A stretch of DNA of 64,000 nucleotides, from assembly GCA_963662795.1 (NCBI GenBank), contig OY759746.1, forward strand, positions 3,744,001 to 3,808,000, read 5' to 3'. Position numbers and translations under genes: made by a program. Source of the stretch: Spirochaetia bacterium. Lineage in GTDB: Bacteria; Spirochaetota; Spirochaetia; CADAEX01. Of this stretch, positions 57,701-64,000 are shown piece after piece (positions within the stretch are counted from its first letter, which is position 1; every line of letters starts with the position of its first letter). The notes under the pieces were generated by a model that was not told where the DNA came from, searched no databases, and saw only the letters and a program-made list of their open reading frames with translations.

Positions 57701-57881
57701 GAATATGGCGGAAAAAATCCAGGAAATTTTCCCTGACATAAAGGTGCTTTATATGTCAGGCTACACTGCGAATGTTATTGCCCACCAGGGAGTCCTTGAG
57801 GAAGGTGTATCGTTTATCCAGAAACCCTTCTCAATAAATGAACTGGGGATCAAGATCATGGAAGCCCTGCAGAAAGATTAA
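54753..57881 (+). CDS. Hybrid sensor histidine kinase (2x SBP_bac_3, TM, PAS, HisKA, HATPase, REC)
   Basis: Two 'YPPF/FPPF...GF' binding domains; LAGGVAHDYNN, NLCINARDA, GTGLGL and LLITDVVMP. Confidence 0.95.
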   Translation: MLIRSNPFIILAMVFSLFSAQLFAEENDIITSAAEINYPPFSITNPAGEADGFSVELLRASLSALNRDVSFRTGTWAEVKNLLEKGEIKALPLVGRTPEREKVLDFTIPYMTLHGAIVVRDETENITSLNDLQGKKVAVMKMDNTEEFLKRKKLDIELISTPTFDDALKGLSKGVYDAVVIQRLVAIRLIKENNLTNLKIIKNPIMEFNQDFCFAVKEGDRETLSLLNEGLSIVIADGTYRYLHSKWFASLEIPDDRKIVIGGDYNFPPFEFLDKNGRPAGFNVDITRAIAEETGLNIEIKLAPWTEITEDLKQGRIDVIQGMFYSPFRDLKYDFSLPHSNVHHISVVRKGESVPPSTIGELEGKNIAVQNGDIMHDFLLSQGLRKNITAFETPEDALKELSLGKADCALLTRVTAIYLIKKNGWSNLEIAKKPILTTEYCYATLKGHRPLLTVFTEGLKSIEENGEYRRIHEKWMGIYSEGSLPFSLIKRYAVIVFLPLLIILFISFFWTWSLRRLVARKTAELRQSESQFRSIVEAVPDSVFVHSNYLFSYLNASACRLFGIYSPKQLIGKPVMDRFHPSTYEIAKKRIKAIYEQKEYMPLLEQKYLRTDGSEVPVEVSAVPIIYEGKESALVFVRDITSLKEIEQEQAVAAKKREALESQLRQAQKIESVGRLAGGVAHDYNNMLSVINGYTELAMDKVGPSDPIFAYLKEIYSAGTRSADITKQLLAFARKQTINPRVINLNIAVESMLNTIRRLIGESIVLDWYPSSDIWMIKMDSSQIDQILVNLCINARDAITDIGRITIETSNIVIDDEYCADHRGFIPGKFVLLTVSDNGNGMDKKTLEFIFEPFFTTKTLGLGTGLGLSTVYGIVKQNNGFINVYSESEKGSTFKIYIPRYTDQLIKNESDDIHEAPTGTGETVLIVEDELSILNLTGKMIEKLGYNVLTSASPYDALKLAESHKDRINLLITDVVMPEMNGRNMAEKIQEIFPDIKVLYMSGYTANVIAHQGVLEEGVSFIQKPFSINELGIKIMEALQKD

Positions 57882-57932
57882 AATTGTAATTTACAACTTA
57901 TACAGAAATACATGTTATAATAACTTACTTAT

Positions 57933-58886
57933 ATGATAAACCTTGTACTTTTGCTGCTCGGATTTATTCCGCTTATTTATGGGGCCGATCTCCTTGTAGA
58001 CAGCGCTTCAGCACTTGCCAAAAAATTGAACATTCCCAACATTGTAATCGGCCTTACTATTATTGCTTTCGGAACTTCCGCTCCTGAACTGGTGGTAAAC
58101 ACCTTCGCATCGATGGCGGGGAATTCAGATATCGTAATCGGAAACATTATAGGCAGCAATATTTTTAATATACTGGGAATTCTTGGAATATCAGCTATTA
58201 TCTATCCGCTTACAGTTAAAACAAACACAACATGGATTGAAATCCCTCTCTGCCTGTTATCGGCAGTAATAGTCTTTTTTGTCGCAAACGACAGAATAAT
58301 TGATAAATCCTCATACTCCCTGATAACAAGAATCGACGGTATTCTGTTGTTGTGTTTTTTTCTTATTTTCCTTAGCTATAATTTTCAGCTTATGAAGTCA
58401 GGCATTCTTGAAGAGAAAATAGCAACAAAAGAATATTCCATACTTAAATCGGTATTTTTAATTTTAGCCGGCATTATACTGCTTGCAGCTGGCGGAAAAA
58501 TTATTGTTGAGTTTGCTGTAAAATTTGCCCGGATTATTGAAATTCCTGAGAGAATAATCGCCCTTACCATAGTATCCATAGGAACGTCCCTGCCCGAACT
58601 TGCAACATCAGCGGTAGCGGCTAAAAAACGGAATGTGGATATCGCAATCGGGAATATTGTCGGATCCAATATTTTTAATGCATTTTTTATTCTGGGTGTT
58701 TCTGCAGTAATAAATCCAGTCCGCCTGCAGAAAATGTCCAATATGGATTTAACAGTTAATATACTCGCAAGTACTTTGCTGTTTATTTTTATATTTACAG
58801 GCAGAGGGCGCAGAATTGAGCGCCTCGAAGGAATAATCTTTACTGTCCTATATCTGATTTATCTGACCGGCCTTTTGCTGCTGTAA
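57933..58886 (+). CDS. Calcium/sodium antiporter (CaCA, YrbG-like)
   Basis: Two alpha repeats, 'GTSAPE...GNIIGSNIFN' and 'GTSLPE...GNIVGSNIFN'. Confidence 0.95.
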   Translation: MINLVLLLLGFIPLIYGADLLVDSASALAKKLNIPNIVIGLTIIAFGTSAPELVVNTFASMAGNSDIVIGNIIGSNIFNILGILGISAIIYPLTVKTNTTWIEIPLCLLSAVIVFFVANDRIIDKSSYSLITRIDGILLLCFFLIFLSYNFQLMKSGILEEKIATKEYSILKSVFLILAGIILLAAGGKIIVEFAVKFARIIEIPERIIALTIVSIGTSLPELATSAVAAKKRNVDIAIGNIVGSNIFNAFFILGVSAVINPVRLQKMSNMDLTVNILASTLLFIFIFTGRGRRIERLEGIIFTVLYLIYLTGLLLL

Positions 58887-58969
58887 CTGATTATTTTTAA
58901 TCATAAACCAGAATATATATTGAGTGAACAGGATATTTCATATTAAGTTTCGATACTGCTGTAAATGGG

Positions 58970-59785
58970 TTACCGTTTTGCAATACCCTCATTATATATT
59001 TCCTTCGCGATTTTTTCACATCCCGCAGAAGTCAGGTGTATTTCATCTTTCCAGTCATTTTCCTGGATTAAACGCTGTGTCTCGATGACTTTAAAATTGC
59101 CGGAATATTTTTTCTGCAAGTTAATCAGCCCTTTGCCTAGATGTATAAAAATATATTTAAACACGTCTCTTTGAGTCTTCTCATCAGTTATATGTTTTTC
59201 AGCGAAACAGCTTTCAATCCAGCTGCCCCCCACAGGTATGCCGAGCATTCTTGTCCCTTTTTTCAAATATGCCGCGACACCGTAGTTGTGGGTAATTATT
59301 TTTGCTTCACTGTTGATTTTAATCAGTTTAGATATAATTTTCTCATAAAGGGTAATAATTGATTTTATCTTGCTGTTTAATGCTGCTTCATCAACAAACT
59401 GTTCACTGCCCTGACTCCCGTCCTTGATATCATTTTTATCTATAAGCAGCTTTTTAAATTCATTTTTCTCAATTATATCGCTGCCTCCGGCAGAAACAAG
59501 GACAACATCAAATTTCTGTCTCTCATCCCTGTTGTGTTTTTCATATTTTTTTAATAATGCCTCAAGACCTCCCTTGGTTAAAGACTGGGCAGTTTCCTTC
59601 CCTGCCATAGTAAGGCTGTAAATAACTACATCAAAATTACCCGCAATTGATTTTGCAATGCTGAATGAACTGTTTGAACCGGGATTTGACAGCCATGAAT
59701 CCCCAAATGCCAAAATCTTTACAGCTTTTTTGTTACCTAAAACAGCCGTTTCATAATCACCTTCCGACCTGACACTGAGTCCCAT
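58970..59785 (-). CDS. SGNH/GDSL hydrolase
   Basis: FGDSW (block I), SAGGSD (block III) and DEIH (block V); GGAGG RBS. Confidence 0.85.
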   Translation of the reverse strand: MGLSVRSEGDYETAVLGNKKAVKILAFGDSWLSNPGSNSSFSIAKSIAGNFDVVIYSLTMAGKETAQSLTKGGLEALLKKYEKHNRDERQKFDVVLVSAGGSDIIEKNEFKKLLIDKNDIKDGSQGSEQFVDEAALNSKIKSIITLYEKIISKLIKINSEAKIITHNYGVAAYLKKGTRMLGIPVGGSWIESCFAEKHITDEKTQRDVFKYIFIHLGKGLINLQKKYSGNFKVIETQRLIQENDWKDEIHLTSAGCEKIAKEIYNEGIAKR

Positions 59786-59869
59786 TGAATTTACCTCCTA
59801 TGATAAATATAAAGATATTATATCACTGCCAATATTGCGCAGCAATCGGCATTTGGAAAAAGAGATTCA

Positions 59870-59886
59870 TTCACATAATCTTCACA
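59870..59886. promoter_or_regulatory. OmpR/PhoB-type direct repeat upstream of macAB-tolC
   Basis: TTCACA-taatc-TTCACA with 11-bp period. Confidence 0.55.
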
Positions 59887-59990
59887 ATCAAGACAAGAAC
59901 TCTCCTTTTAAAAGTAGTAAATAATTATCTGATGCCGCACAACTGCTTGTATTATAAAAAATGTGGATACCGCTTAAAAAGGAGAAATCA

Positions 59991-61319
59991 ATGAAAATCA
60001 GGAAAGCTCAACTGTCTATGGCAATACTTATCATTCTAACACTGGTTCTTGGTGTTTTTGCATATCCATACGCCAGATCAAAATTATCCATTAAAAAAGA
60101 TAAACAGTCCTATGAGTTTACTGCAATCGAAAAAAGAGATATGGAAAACAGTATTTCAAGTTCCGGAACAATACAGCCTGTAGGAGAAATCAATGTTCTC
60201 GCGCAGATGAGCGGTACGGTTGAAAAGATTTATGCGGGTTTTAATGATAATGTGAAAAAAAATCAGCCCCTTGCGGACCTTAATACCGATATTCTTAAAA
60301 TTCAGGAAAAAGCCGCTGAAGCCTCACTTTTGAAGGCAAAAGCAACATATGAGCATTCACTTCTTGAATACAATAACAGCAAAAAGCTGTTTGAGAACAA
60401 TATGATATCTGATTTCGATTTTCATACCGCGAAGACATCGCTGGAAACAGCAAAAGCGGATGTCATGAACGCGGAAGCGGCAATGCAGGAGATTCAGATA
60501 AAATTAAAACAGTATGCCCTCATAATATCACCGATAGACGGCATTGTATTAAGCAGGAACGTAGAGGCGGGAGATACTGTAGTTGCCGGCGGCAGCAGCA
60601 CAACAACACTATTTACTCTCGCCGAAGGTCTTTCTGTAATGGAAGTTGAAGCTGCGGTTGATGAACTTGACATAAGCAGGATTGAGAAAAATCAGAAAGT
60701 CCGTTTTACAGTCGATGCTTATTCAAAAACAATTTTCTACGGAACAGTCAGCGAAATACGACTGGTACCGGAAACATCAGACAATGTAGTAACCTACACC
60801 GTAATAGTAGAGGCGGATAACAGCGAAGGAAAACTTCTGCCTGGAATGACAGCATCACTTGATTTCATTTCCGATGAAAAGAAGGACGTCCTTGCCGTTA
60901 TGACCCAGGCTTTCCGGTTCAAACCGTCAGAAGAAGAAATCAAAACTGCAAAAAGAAAATTATTTATGGAAAACCTGAAAGGGCTTCCTGAAAAGGAACA
61001 GGCAGACGCAATAGAAACATATGACAAGGCAGTCAAGGCAAAAGCCGGTGCCGCAACAGGCAATACAGGCAGTCTCCTCACCGGGACAATGAGAATACCG
61101 GGCGGTCCGCCTCCCGGGGATAAAAACGGCAGCAACGGAGTTAAAAAAACGGATGGAAGCAATCCTGATATCAAGACTTTGTGGTATCTGGAAGAAGACG
61201 GGTCAATTGCCGCCTTACCTGTAACTGCAGGAATCAGTGATGAAACTTTCACTGAAATACTGGATCCGGATGATTCATTAAATGGAAAACAGATAATTCT
61301 CAGGATAAGGGTGAATTAG
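59991..61319 (+). CDS. MacA-like efflux periplasmic adaptor
   Basis: AGGAG RBS before MKIRK; TM; 'SGTIQP...AQMSGTV', 'SPIDGIVLSRNVEAGDTV' and 'LLPGMTA'. Confidence 0.93.
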   Translation: MKIRKAQLSMAILIILTLVLGVFAYPYARSKLSIKKDKQSYEFTAIEKRDMENSISSSGTIQPVGEINVLAQMSGTVEKIYAGFNDNVKKNQPLADLNTDILKIQEKAAEASLLKAKATYEHSLLEYNNSKKLFENNMISDFDFHTAKTSLETAKADVMNAEAAMQEIQIKLKQYALIISPIDGIVLSRNVEAGDTVVAGGSSTTTLFTLAEGLSVMEVEAAVDELDISRIEKNQKVRFTVDAYSKTIFYGTVSEIRLVPETSDNVVTYTVIVEADNSEGKLLPGMTASLDFISDEKKDVLAVMTQAFRFKPSEEEIKTAKRKLFMENLKGLPEKEQADAIETYDKAVKAKAGAATGNTGSLLTGTMRIPGGPPPGDKNGSNGVKKTDGSNPDIKTLWYLEEDGSIAALPVTAGISDETFTEILDPDDSLNGKQIILRIRVN

Positions 61320-61321
61320 GA

Positions 61322-62092
61322 ATGGCACTGATAGAAATGAACGGAATCAGGCGTTTTTATGTAATGGGCGACATTACTGTCAAAGCAATAAGAAATGCCG
61401 ACCTCTCAGTTGAAAAAGGCGAATTCATCGCAGTCATGGGACCATCCGGTTCGGGGAAATCAACACTTATGAACATACTCGGCTGTCTTGATAAACCGAC
61501 AGACGGCACATATATACTTGACTCAACCGACACATCATCCGCGGGCCAGGATGAATTCGCGGATATCCGCAACCGTAAAATAGGATTTGTATTTCAGGGA
61601 TTTAATCTGCTTGCAAAAACAAGCGCCCTTGAAAATGTGGAGCTTCCGCTCCTTTATAACAGAAGCGGAAACATCCGGGATCCTGCACTTTTAGCCAGAA
61701 AAGCGCTTGAGACGGTAGGGCTCGGCAGCAGGTTAACCCATCTGCCTTCACAGCTCTCGGGAGGCCAGCAGCAGCGGGTTGCAATCGCAAGAGCGCTTGT
61801 GACAGATCCGGTTTTCATACTTGCGGACGAACCTACGGGAAACCTTGACACAGAAACAACGCTTGAAATAATGATGCTTTTTCAGCGGCTGAACAGAAAT
61901 GGAATAACCATCATTATGGTAACACACGAACCCGAGGTAGCCTGCTACGTCAGGAGAATAATAACAATGCGGGACGGAGAAATAGTTGCAGATAAAGCGG
62001 TAGAAGATATCAGGGATGCGGGTAAAGATCTTGAGGACTGGCGAAAGCGGAATAATCATCTCTATATATCTTCCGGGGAGGCGGTAAAGTGA
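61322..62092 (+). CDS. MacB/LolD-type ABC ATP-binding protein
   Basis: [33 protein letters not shown] and VTHE. Confidence 0.96.
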   Translation: MALIEMNGIRRFYVMGDITVKAIRNADLSVEKGEFIAVMGPSGSGKSTLMNILGCLDKPTDGTYILDSTDTSSAGQDEFADIRNRKIGFVFQGFNLLAKTSALENVELPLLYNRSGNIRDPALLARKALETVGLGSRLTHLPSQLSGGQQQRVAIARALVTDPVFILADEPTGNLDTETTLEIMMLFQRLNRNGITIIMVTHEPEVACYVRRIITMRDGEIVADKAVEDIRDAGKDLEDWRKRNNHLYISSGEAVK

Positions 62093-63282
62093 CTGTAAAA
62101 GGTTTACTTAAATTATCATTCAGAAGTATTTTACGGAACAAGATGAGGAGCCTTTTAACATCTCTCGGGATTATAATCGGCGTTGGTTCAGTCATAATAA
62201 TGGTTGCAGTAGGTGAAGGCTCCCAGCAGCAGATAGAAAAACAAATCCAGTCTTTAGGGTCAAATCTTATTATGGTATTTCCTGAACGGGGACCTGACAA
62301 GGCCAACAGGATGACAACTGCTGACACAAAAAAACTTAGAAACGAAGCCAGTTATCTCAAGGCAGTTTCAGGTACGACCCGAAAAAGCTTTACAGTCATA
62401 GGCGGAAGCGGAGACTGGGAAACAACAGTTTACGGGGTTGAAAGTGATTACCTTGATATAAAACAGAGAACAATAAAGGATGGAAGTTTTTTCTCGGAAA
62501 GGGATATATCATCAAAAAACAAAATTGCGGTCATCGGCGCTACTATTGCGGATAATCTCTTTGAATACAGCAATCCCATCGGGATGCAGATAAGGATCAA
62601 CAAGGTACCTTTTACCATAACAGGTATTCTTGACAGCAAGGGAAATACAGGAACGGGTACGGACCAGGACGATATGATCCTTGTGCCTCTTGACACCGCC
62701 CTTACAAGGCTCCAGAACAGCCGCTACATAGATACTATTGAAATGAGTGTAGTTTCTGAAAATCTTATGGATCAGGCCGAATCTGAAATTGAAGAGATCC
62801 TCAGGGAATCGCACAGGCTCGCAGACAGCCGTGAAAACGATTTCAGGATCATGAACCAGGCGGAAATAATAAGCACTGTTTCTTCTACTGCCAAAACACT
62901 GACTGTTCTGCTTGGTGCGATTGCGGGAGTTTCCCTGATTGTCGGAGGAATCGGAATCATGAACATTATGCTGGTTTCAGTTACTGAAAGGACCAGGGAA
63001 ATAGGAATCAGGATGTCGGTCGGCGCAAGGAAAAAAGACATACTGCTTCAGTTCCTGTCAGAATCTATTATATTGAGCCTGCTTGGAGGTTTCATGGGAA
63101 TTGTATCAGCAGCTGCAATTGCACTTTCCCTTGATAGTTTTTTCAATATTCCAGCAGTCATCAAGCCTGAAATAATATTCCTGTCCGCGGGATTTGCGGC
63201 CGCAGTCGGGATATTTTTCGGATATTATCCCGCAAAAAGCGCATCTAACCTATATCCGATTGATGCGCTGAGACACGAATAG
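62089..63282 (+). CDS. MacB/FtsX-type ABC permease
   Basis: RSLLTSLGIIIGV, GGIGIMNIMLVSVTERTREIGIR and PIDALRHE. Confidence 0.96.
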   Translation: MTVKGLLKLSFRSILRNKMRSLLTSLGIIIGVGSVIIMVAVGEGSQQQIEKQIQSLGSNLIMVFPERGPDKANRMTTADTKKLRNEASYLKAVSGTTRKSFTVIGGSGDWETTVYGVESDYLDIKQRTIKDGSFFSERDISSKNKIAVIGATIADNLFEYSNPIGMQIRINKVPFTITGILDSKGNTGTGTDQDDMILVPLDTALTRLQNSRYIDTIEMSVVSENLMDQAESEIEEILRESHRLADSRENDFRIMNQAEIISTVSSTAKTLTVLLGAIAGVSLIVGGIGIMNIMLVSVTERTREIGIRMSVGARKKDILLQFLSESIILSLLGGFMGIVSAAAIALSLDSFFNIPAVIKPEIIFLSAGFAAAVGIFFGYYPAKSASNLYPIDALRHE

Positions 63283-63319
63283 TCACTACTAATAAAAGGT
63301 TAACTGTAAAGGAAAAAGC

Positions 63320-64000
63320 ATGAAATCCAGAATCATATTTATTATCACTTTATTTGCAATAACACTTGTTCCTGTTTTCTCCGGAGAAGTTATAACACTT
63401 GATGCGGCAAGAAAAATAGCAATATCAAACTCAAATGCCTTGAAAAGTGCAGCCTCCGCCATGGATAAGGCGCAGCTTGAAAAAGCGGCAGTTAAATACA
63501 GCTGGTATCCTGACATTTCAGTAAATGCCGGCTATGAATCTTCCGCAAAAGCCTCGGGCAGCGTATCAGCAACCGATAATACACCGTCAGCCGGTATTTC
63601 TCTTAGTCAGCAGATTTGGGACGGAGGAGTAACCGCAGTCAACAGGAAAATAACCAGCGCTTTATTTGACGGAACGGTTTATGAATGGGAAAATACGCTT
63701 CTCGGGGTTATCAGGGAGTGCGATAATCTTTATTACAGTTATATTGAGGCGATGTCCCAGGCAGATTCGGCAAGAGCCTCCTTCCATACCGCAGAAATAC
63801 TTAAGGCATCAGCTCTTGCAAGATATGAATCAGGAATTATTTCAAAAGTATCATACCTTGAGGTTAAATCCGGTGCGGCGATAAAAGAAACAGAACTTAT
63901 ACAGACAGAAAGCGCTGTCAAAACCGCGGGAAGAGAGCTTGCGTCATACCTCTCTCTTGAAAAAGCGCCTGAAACCGGAGAGAGCAGCCTTTCAGCATTT
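63320..64000 (+). CDS. TolC-family outer-membrane efflux protein, 3'-truncated by the window edge (not in the ORF track)
   Basis: ATG at 63320: MKSRIIFIITLFAITLVPVFSGEVITLDAARKIAISNS...WYPDISVNAG...LSQQIWDGG...YESGIISK; frame open to the end of the window. Confidence 0.88.
   Translation, partial: MKSRIIFIITLFAITLVPVFSGEVITLDAARKIAISNSNALKSAASAMDKAQLEKAAVKYSWYPDISVNAGYESSAKASGSVSATDNTPSAGISLSQQIWDGGVTAVNRKITSALFDGTVYEWENTLLGVIRECDNLYYSYIEAMSQADSARASFHTAEILKASALARYESGIISKVSYLEVKSGAAIKETELIQTESAVKTAGRELASYLSLEKAPETGESSLSAF

Noticed and set aside
1-64000. CRISPR arrays, rRNA, integrase/prophage, retron/RT or defence genes
   Set aside because: No regularly spaced repeats or matching protein motifs seen anywhere in the window.

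Overview
Chromosomal window from a free-living-type spirochaete. The assignment rests on the Borrelia/Treponema-like synteny cdaA-cdaR-acpS-DUF2225-truA-udg-priA and def-fmt-PASTA, a spirochaete-type EF-G2 and an 'FAxGxxE' signal peptide. Positions 1-3.2 kb hold a KDG (pectin/hexuronate) catabolic cluster: kduD, kdgK, eda and an IclR regulator. The visibly AT-richer accessory block at about 3.3-21.5 kb ends at the 3' end of tRNA-Gly(CCC). It carries an HD-GYP protein, an MCP, an orphan histidine kinase, an amino-acid-type catabolic cluster (two LysRs, an atypical fused Fe-S serine dehydratase, a three-component flavin/Fe-S dehydrogenase, an OCD/mu-crystallin enzyme, an Asp/Glu-racemase-like protein and a TAXI-TRAP transporter) and an IS256 remnant. 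Positions 21.7-43.3 kb are housekeeping genes, including two adjacent divergent EF-G paralogues separated by a promoter and a structured non-coding stretch, plus trmB, mfd, a PilZ protein, amrS and tRNA-Asn. Positions 43.4-64 kb hold a DMT protein, a sigma54-type hsp20 pair, mscS, an adenylate cyclase/FecR-FN3 gene pair, a PlpD-like patatin, a hybrid kinase, a Ca/Na antiporter, an SGNH hydrolase and macAB-tolC. The best candidates for something undescribed are: (1) a class III adenylate cyclase with an N-terminal CheA P1/P2-like cassette, overlapping a FecR-7xFN3 gene; (2) the catabolic island; (3) the structured RNA ahead of the EF-G II gene. All family calls come from motif recognition by eye; no database searches were run.
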